DNA of 64,000 bases from Trichodelitschia bisporula (Eukaryota), in assembly GCA_010356995.1 (NCBI GenBank), contig ML996705.1, forward strand, positions 186,001-250,000. The letters run 5' to 3'. Made by a program: the position numbers and the translations under genes. Below, piece by piece: positions 36,050 through 48,034 of this stretch. A model generated the notes under the pieces. It did not search any database. It had not been told where the DNA came from and saw only the letters and a list, made by a program, of their open reading frames with translations. Every line of letters begins with the position of its first letter. Within the stretch, counting starts at the first letter, position 1.

Positions 36050-37097
36050 TGGCTCATGAGAAGACGTGGGTGCATTGTGGGGAATGGGTCATGGAAGAGA
36101 GCGAGACCACTGCGATCTTGCGTAGAACAATGGTGATGGCCAGTGGTCAGTTAGTCACTCGACCTGAGTGTGGAATTTGATACTGGGATAGTTTCAATTC
36201 GATGATGACGACAGTGATGCTCTTGGCTACTGGTGCGACTGTTGTGACATGGCTTTGCGTTAACTGTTTGGCCTGTCAACCGTGGGGAAAGCAAAGCATG
36301 GGCGGCTCGGGACTCTGGCTTCAGGTGGGCTAGGGGGTACCGATTTAATGGTACCCAGTATGCGCTATGCTAGCGCGGACCACCCAAATTCTGAGTTCCA
36401 GGATGTAGCCGCGGAATGGCGTCAGCCGGGAAACTTCAAGCTTAATTTTAGCCGCGATAGGGCGATTGGTAGTGACACTTTTCGCATCTGGCTGCTTAAT
36501 CGGGATGCGGACGTGCACACAAGTCACAGCCCACACGGATGAGGCAGTATCACAGTTTACCAAATGGAAAGGAAGAGATTGACTTGGGTCCTAGCTAGCC
36601 CACACCGATTTTACCCTCAGTCGAAGCAGTCTATGTAGTAGTCTCCACAAACCGCCGTGAGAAGCAACGCAAGTCCTCCCCGTCCAACTCGCCACTCTCT
36701 TCGAGCCTGCCAGTGGGAACTTCCCAGGAGTGTCGAGTAGCTGTGCTCCGCATTCCTACTTTCATGTATTAGACGTCTTCTCTTGGTACTGTTTTCCGAA
36801 GTACTCACCGCTGGCTCCCTTGCCGCCTTGCACCATAAGAGTCGGAGAGAACTCCTTGGTGTCCTAGGTGACTGGCTGTTCTGGCTGACCGCGCGGTTCT
36901 AGCTGGTCGGACGGCGATGCAAACAGAACTCTCTGGTAAGCTCTCGTGGCCGTTTTGTGGAGCCTCCGACAGTAGGTTCATTAGGATGAGGTTACTGCCT
37001 TCGAGGGACCAAGAGCACGTTGTTTGCTCGCACCAAGAATTTCGCCAAAACGGAAAATCACAGTGGCTTTGCTGGGGTGTGAAAGGCTGGGCATATG

Positions 37098-37343
37098 TCA
37101 CTCTGGCTGTACTGGTTTGGCACTGAGTGGTTGTAGTGGTTCCGCAATTGGTGGCTGTAGTGGCTCAGCACCTGGTGGTTGCGCTGGCTCGGCACTCGGT
37201 GGTTGCACCGGCCCACCAACTTCATGGCTGTGAGGGCCACTGTTTGCCTGTGCCTGGTTTGGCTCAGCATTTGACGGTTTAGAGACTTTGAGCTGCGCCC
37301 GTACCCTCTCGTGGGAAGAGGATTTCTTCTGATTTTGATTCAT
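37098..37343 (-). CDS. Small orphan ORF (81 aa) with AEPxQPPx repeats; may be a truncated pseudogene
   Basis: GCACAATG start context and about five 24-bp repeats (VQPPS AEPAQPPG AEPLQPPI AEPLQPLS AKPVQPE). Confidence 0.4.
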   Translation of the reverse strand: MNQNQKKSSSHERVRAQLKVSKPSNAEPNQAQANSGPHSHEVGGPVQPPSAEPAQPPGAEPLQPPIAEPLQPLSAKPVQPE

Positions 37344-39337
37344 TGTGCCGATTCGACAATCAATGGAGCGAGGGGATAACAAGTAGTGAGGTGCCAGTGG
37401 AGAAGTATTCCGAGGAATACCAAGAATGAATGTGAGGGGTTATGGAGAATGAGTCTTTCTGAAAACTTGTCGAGAAAGTCAGACGTAGTGTGCTTTGAAT
37501 GAACAGCTGGCTAGCTAGTGGGCAGAGCTGTGGTTGCAGAGGTGTTTTGGGAAGGAGGATGGTGGATGGTTGATGGTGGATGGTGGATGAGAAGAAGCCA
37601 TAAATACTTCCTCAGGACTCGTCCTCGTCACCGAAGGCGGCAGTGAAGGGGTCCTCCCCGCGGAGTGATCACCGTTCACTCACCCACCGGAGGTGCTGAT
37701 TTCAGTTACGCTTGCGCAACGTAAGCCATTACGCACCGGATACACGTATCAGCGTATGGGTTCTTGACACCCAGCATGCGAGCGAATTACTAGCCTAAGC
37801 ATTCCTTACAACACTGAAAGCAGTGGAGGCTGCCGTTGGCGCCTAAGAAACTGACGAGTGCAGTACGGGAAGCTTTCCCTGTTGACAGAGAGCAGTCCGC
37901 ACAAGGAAGCATGTACTTCTCTCCTATGGCATCGTGAGCATAGTGACGTCACCATCTATGAAATTTTCATCCGTAGCAACGACGGCTGGAAATGGAAGAA
38001 GTGGCGTACCTTCTTCGGCGCTGTAAAGCGCTGTGCGGATGAATCTGGCCCTTTGATGACTCGCGTATACTGAAAGATAGCGAAAGAGGGGTGAGTGAGA
38101 GCCGATTACAATACGGCGAGCAAGGAATTCGGAGACTTGGCTCCGGAATAGTACCCAGATTTTTCTCATACTCCTAACTGTGAAGTCAGCAGCTTCGTCA
38201 AGCTTAGCAGAGGGCAATGGCGAGACCACTGACTGCGGAAGCTAGTAGGGTCCATCGATCGCGAGTGTCTCACAGCTGCCGTCTGGAGTATCGGACACTA
38301 TGCCCTAGTTGGGTCCTGCGCATAGGGTGATACGGTCATTTCGCTGTTATGTGCGTATTCGACTTCCGTCGACTTGGTCGCCATACGCGCAATCCGCAGC
38401 GGTTACCTTTTGGTTATTGCCAACCGGGGTCGGAACTCCATAGCGATCCATCTAAAATCGTACTGATTCAAAGAGATTCGTTTGGTCATCCTCGCCGTGG
38501 CATGGCCACCGCTAGGTTAGACGTCCAAGTGCTGAAGGAGCGCCATCCAAACTCAGTCGCGTCGGATTGGGATGGAAGACAAGACCGCACGCGTGATCAG
38601 CGGGGAAAGGTCCTACGAAGGCGAGAAGCCGACGTTCCGACTTGTCCGTAATGCACTCCCAAACTCCATTTGATTGTTGGATTAAATAGCCTCCGCCGCT
38701 CCTGTACCTCGGGAACCTCGGGAACCGACCCGCGTTGAGGAAGCTCGCGAAAAAGTAAATGGGGACTTGAAGGTACTGTTTCGTTTAGCAAGCTTTCTCA
38801 ACGGCAGTTGTGTGCTGGTCACAGCGACCGGACAACTCCTCTTCAATTATTCTCATGGGAAGACGTGAGGTTCAACATGCGATGCATATGCGTTGGGAAG
38901 CGGGGAGTGCGGAGGTTCCATGCGGTGGAAAACCATCGGGGCCCCGGCACCATCCTTCCCGGGCGGTAGGAGCGTCTGCACCCTCTCATGGATACTTAAA
39001 GCAATGGGCTCCGCCCGTGTTCTAGTAAGCATGAATCCAATCAATTTGTTCCGAACTCGCGTCACCACTTGCTAATAGCGAGGAAACAGCTTACGCTAAG
39101 CTCAACTGCACCAGAAGTGTTTCTTCCCTAGATATGCGCCCGTCCCGTCATGAGATCTCAATTCTAAGTATGACCAGTGACTAATGACATTTGCCAGGTT
39201 TCCGAGCTCCAGAGCTGTCTACAGGCGTCCCATGACGTCTGCCTGACTCGAATAATGATGTTGAGTTGAAAGATGGTCACACCTGTGATAGTGAGAGGGT
39301 CAGTCGCCGAAGAAGTGAAAGGGGCAACCACTCCTAC

Positions 39338-40126
39338 CTAGTTGCGGCGGCGGCGATTCGCTAACCACTCCTGATCGTATGGCGAGCTTGACATCTCAAT
39401 GATGTCAGTGTCTTCTTCCGGGTCGACGAGCTCTCCAGCAATCATGACAAGGCGAGGTGTGCCTTTGAACCGACGGCCTTCAAAGGGGCCATCCTGGTTG
39501 CCAGTCGTATTGGTGGCCGCAGCCGGACCGTTGGCTTGCCCTTGGTTGAGGATGTATGGATTGGTGGCCTGACCCTGAACACCTCCCTGCCCTTGGTTCA
39601 TAACATATGGATTGTGGTTTTGACCCTGGACATGGCCCTGGCCTTGGTTCAAGAGATATGGGTTGCCGTTCTGATGCTGGACATGCCCCTGCGCTTGGCT
39701 GAGGAGGTATGGGTTCTGCTGCTGGGCATTTGCGGCTTCGCCGCTGCCGCCGTTTGCAAAGCAAGCTGTGCTCATCGAAGGACCACTACCAGCCTGACCA
39801 CCGTTCATGAAGCTGTCAGTGCGGTGAGTATAGCCGGTCTGGATGCTAGCATGAGGACCCTGATGAATGCCGGCTTGAGGAGCCTGGTGGACGCCGGCCT
39901 GAGGATTCTGATGGACGCGCACGTCAGTCTCGGAACTTTCAAGCCTAGGGGATGGCAAGCGAGAGTTCGTCCGTGACGACTGCCCGGAGGTGTTTGCGGA
40001 GTTGGACAAGGACGATTGAGCTGAACGACCCGCGGTTCGACGTACCGTGTTTGCCTCGATCTTCGCTACGAGTCTCTTGCGCAGTTCATCCTCTACAGTG
40101 CTTGGCCTCTCTGGATTGCGAGCCAT
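39338..40126 (-). CDS. Orphan protein (262 aa) with Q/N/G-rich 17-aa repeats; paralogue A
   Basis: TCAAAATGG start, intronless, in-frame 24-bp and 51-bp repeats. Shares terminal motifs with the 42189-42842 ORF. Confidence 0.75.
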   Translation of the reverse strand: MARNPERPSTVEDELRKRLVAKIEANTVRRTAGRSAQSSLSNSANTSGQSSRTNSRLPSPRLESSETDVRVHQNPQAGVHQAPQAGIHQGPHASIQTGYTHRTDSFMNGGQAGSGPSMSTACFANGGSGEAANAQQQNPYLLSQAQGHVQHQNGNPYLLNQGQGHVQGQNHNPYVMNQGQGGVQGQATNPYILNQGQANGPAAATNTTGNQDGPFEGRRFKGTPRLVMIAGELVDPEEDTDIIEMSSSPYDQEWLANRRRRN

Positions 40127-40196
40127 TTTGATGTCGGGAGGTGGCGGATATGTGAAGGGTCGAGGATGTGCGAGGGAGTTGTCAATGTGGGGAAGT

Positions 40197-40388
40197 AGTC
40201 GACGTGTGGGCAAGTGGAAGTGGTCGGTGTGTGGGGAAGTAAAAGTGGTCGATTGTGTGAGGAAGTGAAAGTGGTCGATTGTGTGAGGAAGTGAAAGTGG
40301 TCGATGTGTGGGGATATGAAAGTAGTCAATGATTGGGGATGTGAAAGTGGTCGATAATTGGGTATGTGAAAGTGGTCGATGTGTGAGG
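40197..40388. repeat. Minisatellite, 25-26 bp unit, about 7 copies
   Basis: Core TGAAAGTGGTCGAT recurs with 11-12 nt related linkers (TGTGTGAGGAAG twice, GTGTGGGGATA, GATTGGGGATG, AATTGGGTATG). Confidence 0.85.
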
Positions 40389-42188
40389 GGTGTTGAAGGA
40401 TGTCGAAAGGTAAATACTCGTGAAGCGCAATTGACGTGACTGTATGCGAGTTTGCCATTCACCTCGACAAACGGGGAATCGGTGCGAGCTGCAAATTCGA
40501 GATATCCCGATACGCGTTATACCGTTTACGGCCACCCAGTTTCCTGGTGTTGTCGAATGAGGAAGGCATGGCGCCGCAAAAAGTTGATGCCACCACCGGC
40601 ACGGGCTGCCATCCATAGAACAAGTGGTGAATCTGACTTGAAGGTTGCCGAGGCGCCTTGTGAGGACATTGATATTGGTGACATCCGTCCTATCGGCAGC
40701 GCCTAGCGATTGACCCAAAGTAAAGACCGCAACCGCTCTTCTACGTGCTGGTCAAAGTTCCGACGAGGTATCTCAACCACCTCGAGGGCGGGCACTCCAA
40801 GATCCAGCTTCCCGCTTATTATGATAAACATGACTAGGCAGAGGCGTATGTAAAGATTGTAAGTGCGGAGACTTAGTGATTTAGGAAGGAATAGAGAGGG
40901 AAGAAGGTACCTTACGGGACACTCCGCAACTAGTGAGCGTGAAGCAATTTAGTGACTTCGGGCCCATTGATATGCAGAAAGTCAAACAGCTTTACGGTCA
41001 GAGTTACAATCGCCTTCTCGAGTCATCGGTGATGCAGTAACATCGTTTTCAGCGCATGAAAACGCGATAGACAGTTCCTGATGGCTGTTTGCCTCGATGA
41101 GGCATTCTTCGACTATTCGCGTCCCTTCATTCATTGATCGTTTACGTCACGCAACCCCCGACGGAAGTCGAAGAAAGAGTCCATATCCAGTCCAGGTTTA
41201 ACCGTTCAGTGGGATGCCATTTATAAATGCAGTAAAAGGTTTCAATATGCCATCTTGTATCTATACGCACATGTACGTTGTAGATGGTCAACTCCTCCAC
41301 TTTTCGACAGGTGGGCGAGGCTGAGATTGCGGCCCGGGCCAGATGGCTCCGCGAGAAGGGCACCCGCCTGGCGAGCGAATCTCTTAGAATCAACTTCTAG
41401 TAATTTCAAATGCTTGCTTATGGGCTTGACCACAGGAAACAGCACGTTCACTGCTTCAGAAGCAATTTTGTCGTTAAGAGGTGGAGATCTTGTATGGTTG
41501 ATTACTTCAAGTATCGCTAGTTTTCATCCGTCTTCCACGCTGTCACGATTATGGTCAGGACCGACGGCTACCATTGGATTTCCCTTATCGCCATTGGCCA
41601 AGAACTTTTAGGAAGGAGCTTATGACACCACGCTATCATGTTTGAAGGTGCCGGCGAATTCGTATTGAATTGTGATGGAAGAAGTCGGTCCTTCAAAGCA
41701 TTGTAACTTCAACGAGCGGACGCCAGATGAATTCTGACCGCAAAAAAAGTCATATCAAAGTGAGTGCAATCTCATTTGACCATACACTAGACTATCATGC
41801 AAGCAACCGTTTGCCAAAATGGCCCTAATCCCGGGTATCCCAGTCCACCAGCCCAGCATCAAAACCAATATGTGTAACCATCATCATGCAAATCGTTCGA
41901 GTTCAATGAACAAGGTCGTAAACATGCAGAGTTCTGCCTCAAGCAAAGCTTGCAACTTCTTCATAACTAGCGTCGACTCAGTTAGCATAAGTATCAAAGA
42001 ATAGATGTTCAACATCAGCAGTAGTTAGGGTGATTGATTGGAGGTATTTCGTGTCATGGCGAGCAGTAAGGAAGTGCCCATTGTTTGAAGCTCACCTGTA
42101 GATCTCAAACTCATGTCCTCCTGGTTCTCTTGGGTGTTTGGCCGCATCACCCGCCTCTCCTCCGCCTCACCCCCCTCAAGCTCGCCGG

Positions 42189-42842
42189 CTAACGGTCCTG
42201 CGAATCCTCAGTCCGAGTGATCGTAATCTTCGGGATTGGATTGCGCCAGGCCCGCAGCCGACGAAGCTTGTCCTCGTCCACTTTCGAGCTGGACATTTCG
42301 AGGACGTCCTCCCAATCGTCCAGCGTTATTGGCTTGCCGGCGATTGTTCCGCGGAGGACGGGGGGGTGATAGGCGTCTTCCTCCTCAGTCGACGCCTCGC
42401 AAGCCGCGCACGGGGCGCTCGGCTCCTCCATCCCAGGAAACGGGCCGAAGCCCGACCCGCCACCGGCTCCAGCAGACATTCTGTTGATGTAGTACCTGGG
42501 CCCGTGCTCGAGGGCCGGGTACCAACATCCTCGGAAGTAATAGCCACCCCGTCCCTCGTCCACCTGGACTGGGGCAAAGGCGCTCTGCTGGAGGATCTGT
42601 GCTTGGATATCCTGCGCAGATCCTTGCCCGTGCTCCAGCTCGGCAGCCGGAGTGGGCACCGGTGACGGGTGTTGAGAGGGTTCCCGTGAAGGTACGCGAG
42701 AGCTCTCAGGCGTTGGCACCTGGGAGGAGGTGGCTGAGATGGGCTTAGAGAGACGGGCGATGCGTCGCCCAGTCGCAATTTCGAGCTTCATGACACAGGT
42801 CTTGCGAATGGCCTTGCGCTCATCATCAGAAGTACCCTCCAT
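42189..42842 (-). CDS. Orphan protein (217 aa); paralogue B
   Basis: GACAACATGG start, intronless. N- and C-terminal motifs align by eye with the 39338-40126 ORF. Confidence 0.72.
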   Translation of the reverse strand: MEGTSDDERKAIRKTCVMKLEIATGRRIARLSKPISATSSQVPTPESSRVPSREPSQHPSPVPTPAAELEHGQGSAQDIQAQILQQSAFAPVQVDEGRGGYYFRGCWYPALEHGPRYYINRMSAGAGGGSGFGPFPGMEEPSAPCAACEASTEEEDAYHPPVLRGTIAGKPITLDDWEDVLEMSSSKVDEDKLRRLRAWRNPIPKITITRTEDSQDR

Positions 42843-44914
42843 GTTGTCGTAGATGAGTACTGGAATGGGGAATCGTGGATGAGATCCAGCGCTGGGGTGT
42901 GCGAGATGATCTATTGAAGTTAGATGATGGAGCATGTGGTAGGGGATGGTATACTTGCAAGATCGCGTATGTGAGGGAACGTCGGCAATAGTGAGTGTGA
43001 AGGATGATCACACTCTGAGCGGAGTATGAGAGTGATGATCGAACCGTGGATGAAGAATGTTTGACAAAGAGATGTGATGTCGGTTTCTCTCGATGTAGAT
43101 GTGGATGTGGTTGTGGATGCTCGGTTTTGGAGAAATAAGAGGAGCGAAAATGTAAATAAAGCAGTCGAGCGCGTTGGGTCCTGGAACCTTCTTAGAGCAT
43201 ACATCTTGGTAGCTTATCGTCCAAAGCCGAAGATATACATGCTAAGTGAGGTGTTGAGATGAGAACTTTGCAGAGGTTAGTCATTTCCTATGGTGTTTTC
43301 GTCTCATCCCCTATCGGAGTGCGAATCCACTTCCCTATTCCCTCAGCGCCTGCACTGAGAGATGCAGTATGTTACCAACATCGACGACTACTACCTAGCT
43401 TTATATACGGGTTGGTATAGAGAAGCGTTTGCCATGATGAAGTCATGAACAGGAAAACAATTCTAGAATGACGAAGCTCTCTCGCCGGTTTCCATGTCCG
43501 CGTCATTCACCTGACCGAATAAATGACATGTACCCCCTTCACAGAGCTTTATGATAGTCAGCCTCGTCAAGGTGCGGAGGGCTCTGCTTTTTGTGCACCA
43601 CGAAGGCGCCCATCCCCTTGCTATAGACTTCTACTCACTACAGCGCCCCGATTCCCAAACGACGGCTCCTTCACCACCGTGCGTTATCAGTGAGCGTAAG
43701 GATCAACGAGCAGTGACAAAGCTTGTTTGCAGCAGCTATGCTAGTAATGAGCAAGGCAAATATCACTCCCGATAGCGGGCAGTTGGACAGTCCGAGTTCT
43801 TCGTGCTTTACAGTTCACCTCCGGATTCCCCGCAATCGCCAGTTTGCTCAAGAGCTCCAGCACGCTGCTCACCACCATACAATCTGTTTGGATGGCTGTT
43901 TGGAGCCTCGTTACCATGCTCGCTCGTCATTTTGATGATGCGAATGGTCAGCGTGGGCGACTGGCGTCCGCTCGCCGCTCCATCGACAGCCTGCTGGGCC
44001 ACCCTGAAATTAGTCGCTTCGAACAGGTTTGCAGAAAAACCCAGTATCTTTAGACTGTCCAGAAGCACTTTGCGCGAGATTCATTTGCCGCCAGTGAACA
44101 GAGTTCTACTTGCCGTCATCGTGCGGGCGACCTCGATCGTACAGCCCGGAGTAGCACCGACCGCCGTGACATCCCACCCCACCCCCTCACCAGACACCTT
44201 AATCAGATAATTTAATAAGATGTATCAAAAATAACGGTCTGGCAGACTATTCAATAACAGAACGACCTCAAAGTCCATCCTAACCATGCTTGACGTGTTG
44301 GCTTGTCGTCCGATCTCAGCCTTCAGCCAAGACTTCAGCGAGCCAATCGCTTGCGCCCGGGCCAGCCCGAGGCTAGTTCTAGAGCCTGTGCGACATAGGC
44401 TCGTGATCCAGCCCTCGTCGCCGACAGCGGAAGATGAGCTGACGGCGTCGCAATACTCTCTCAAGTGCTTTAAGCTTCGCGTCGCGTGGGCGAGCAAGTT
44501 AACGCGTTAGACGTGACAGCAGCCTCTTCGTCTCCTGTTTTCCACCAACGAACAATCACTGTCGGTGATCCGCGCCAGCAAATCACGAAAGGCAAACCAT
44601 GCACATGAAGCAAAGAATCAGTACCATCACTGGCTACGTAGTCACAAGTGCACCAGCAGATGCGCCTGACAGTCCCCACAAACAATGGTAAAAGTCGCCG
44701 CCATACCAAATCGCAAACCGTAAACGCCGATGTTGTAATGGGTATCATGGCACCAAAAACAGGGTATCAAAAGCCGTGGCGCGTCATGTCGTCCATCCCA
44801 AGCATACCAGGGCCTAATCGGCCAACTCCAAACATCCATCCAAACATCCAAAAATTTCAACAACAGAAAGGAAAACGTGACGAGCAACCCGGTGAGAGCC
44901 GTACTCGGCAGCGT

Positions 44915-47900
44915 CTAATCGACCTGATACCCAAGCAAGATATCAAGCATATCCTGCCCACCAACGTCCGGCCCATAGCTCGTCGTCCCAACATCCACAC
45001 CCCTATTCAAAAGCGGATCCAGCGGCAGCCCAACCCACTTCCCCTCCTGGGGCCACGTCGCCGGGAACCCATGCACAAGCGGACTCTCGCCACCATACAT
45101 GAATGCCAGGCCCTCAACCGACGGTGGCATGATCACCGGATGGCCGGACTGCATAAAATCGAACGACATGGGGACGTCGGGGTCGAAGTTCGCCGCGTTC
45201 GGGTCGTTCACGTCGTATGATACGTCGTTCTCAGCGCCTTGGTTGACGCCCGGCTGGTTCTCGTCACCGTTCCATTGCCCGGCGTCGGGCTCGGAAGTGC
45301 CGTTTGTTGCTGGCGGGTTGATGGACACGGTCACTACCTTCTCGCGGACGCGGCGGATCAAGAGGTCGCAAGTCGAGGCGAAGCGCTGACCGATGTGGAC
45401 GTCGTCAACAATACACTCCTCCAGCGCCGTAATGGCGTCTTGGAGCAGCTTGATCGAGAAATGGACATCCGCGGCTGCAGCGCCGAGAGCAAAAGTCTGC
45501 CAGTCAGCGGGGAACATCACCCAACACCCGAGTACGAACCTTTAGCAAAATGATGGCGACACAAATGATGCGAAAATACGTGCGAACGGGGCAAGACTTG
45601 AGAAGCCGGGTCGGGAGGAGGTCCTGCGTGACAACTTCCAACACCTTGCGGCACCAGGTGACGACCTCCACGACATGCTGTCTGTCATCTCCGAGGCAGC
45701 GGAACAAGATGTTCGGTTGAATCGATGGTCGTGGGTTCTGGCCCTGGTTCTTCTCGTCGCCGCTCGACTCCTTGACGCAACGCAGTACGATGGCCTGGAG
45801 GGCGAGGGAGTGCAAATACGCGCGGCAGTACCCGTACTCGATTTCGAGTATGTAGCGCATCTGTTTGGGGACTACGCATGTCAGCAGACAGACGGTTTTG
45901 TCGGGGTAGCCATACTATAGGAACATCTATCAAACTCTTCGCGCCACTCGTCCAACACGGGAACATATGCGCGCAGAAACTCTGCATATTCTCCCTTCTC
46001 GATGATGTTGCGGGTGTGGTCGTTATTGAGAAACATGTCCTCGTTCCCCTTCTTCATGATCGCGGCGATGCCCTCCCAAAAGTACTGGACGTACACGAAC
46101 GGATCACGGCCCCTGAGCATGTCCAGGGACACTTTGGGGTTCTGTTCCAACCATTTCATCGTACCACGTTCGGGTGGCACGTGCTTAGCAAGATTATATG
46201 CCACTTTCGTATCGACAGCGGACACGTAGATGGTGCGAGCGTGGAACGGCAACTTTGAGGTGAGCTCTAAACGGCCGACGGTCTGAGCATGGAACGTCCA
46301 GAGCACGCTTTTGATGCGGAGCTTGCGGTTGAGCAACGCCTTGATGTCCTCGGCGGGCACACCGGGATACTGCTTCTGGTATGTGTCCACAGTAGCATCT
46401 TCAAAGACTAAGGAGTCAGTGATGCCACGCTATTAAAACTGAAAGTCTTACCACCAAGTTCCACAGCAAGTGTCATTGCGTAGTTCAGCAACGTCCAGCA
46501 AACCCGGTCGCTGCGCCAACACGGTTCGAGCCAGCTGCCGCACGCAGAAGGGCCGCTTTTTCTCTGGCTCTCGGCTTTATACACGAACTTCTCGGGAAGC
46601 AAAAGATCCTCCTCCGTGTCCTTCGGCGGAAAGTGGAGAGCGCGAGGATGCCACTCCATCAACAGCAACAGGCTCTCGATGGTGCCCAACGAGCGAAGGC
46701 CAGGTTGAGCGAACTCGTCCGGCTTACCAGGACCAGCACCACAGAAGCCGCCTCCCCACTGCTCCTGGGCGAGCATGCTGCGCATCAGCCTGCCTTCAAG
46801 GTGCTTCCACAGCATGTCATGGATCGCGGACTGGCGCGATGCCGTACACTTGAGGTCCGGGCTGCGATGCCGCGACGCGATGAGGAGAAGCGTCACCAGC
46901 AGCGTCTGATCCACCTCGAGTAGCTGCATCTCGCACGCAGGATTGCTAAAATTCGGCAAGGCAATCGGGGTTAGCGGCTGGATGTTCTCGCTGAAAAATG
47001 AGATGTACTCATGGCCTTCGGTTGGTGTGATCCAGCCTGAGCGGACAAACTGGAGTCGCTGCCACGCTTTCAGCACCTGACTAGCTGTGTGATCATCGTC
47101 AGCGCGCGTCTCAAGCTCCAGCATGGCGGCGTCTACGAGCGTGGTCATACTGTAGGGGCCAGAATACATCTCCCCGTGCTGCAGTGTGCTGACCGCGCGC
47201 TCGCTGGCGTTGACGTGCGTCTGAACGCTTGGCAGACCACCGCTCCGGGTTGGCACAGTTACAGAAGCTCCATTTACTGGCGGAGAGACGGTAATTCCGG
47301 TGCCATTAGCTACCCTAGGCGAGCTCTGCAAGGAAGCGGAGCCCGGACCAGATATGACCTGCACTTGAGAGGCCGAGGTGAGCGCATTGAAGCCGGACGC
47401 AGGCCCATTGAATCCTTGCGGGGGTGTAGTATATGCTGGACCATGATGGGCAAACGTCTGCGACATGCCATACGCAGACTGCGGAGGTGCAGGAGTCCGG
47501 AAGGCTGGCTGCGCCTGCGAGCCTGAGGCTTGGTACGCAGGCTGTGCTCGAGAGTTCGTCGGTGTCCCACAATTCGAGTCCGACTTCACCGGCGAGCTGT
47601 AACCCGTCGGCTCATCATCGCTCGAGTCCCCCCCAGATGTGTGTGTTCTTTTACGTCCGTTGCGCGCGACGTACGCCTCGTCGTCCGAGCCAGACCTGCT
47701 CTTGCGCTTCCGGCGCGTGGCCTCGAAGGCGCAGTCTTTGCCTTCACGCCGGCAGCGCGCACAAGGCGGCGGGTGTGGGTCGTCACTAGGGAGTTAGGAT
47801 GGTTCGGTGTGGGATAGGTGAGCCTCACACTGGGCCAAGGTCGCACTTGACTTTGCGCAGCCGGCATCGGTTACTGCGAATGTCAGTGGGCGCCAAATGA

Positions 47901-48034
47901 GCTTTGATGGGGGCAATTCCGTACCATGCCTGATAGGTCCTCGTGTGTGACTTCAGATCTCCCTTTTTATCACCGGAGGCCTGTTGGGAAGGACCCTCGT
48001 CCCCAGACGGCATCAAGCTCGTCTGGCCAGGCAT
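44915..48034 (-). CDS. Aro80-like Zn(II)2Cys6 transcription factor
   Basis: RTYQAC|NRCRLRKVKCDLGPV|DDPHPPPCARCRREGKDCAFEATRRKRK (introns 47874-47924 and 47786-47828). Internal LRSLGTIESLLLLMEWHPRALHFPP, WLEPCWRSDR, YLHSLALQA and DDVHIG are typical of the Aro80 family. Confidence 0.88.

Noticed and set aside
40197..40388. CRISPR-like repeat-spacer appearance (also 7607-7700)
   Set aside because: Eukaryotic context, linkers only 11-12 nt and mutually related, no cas genes.
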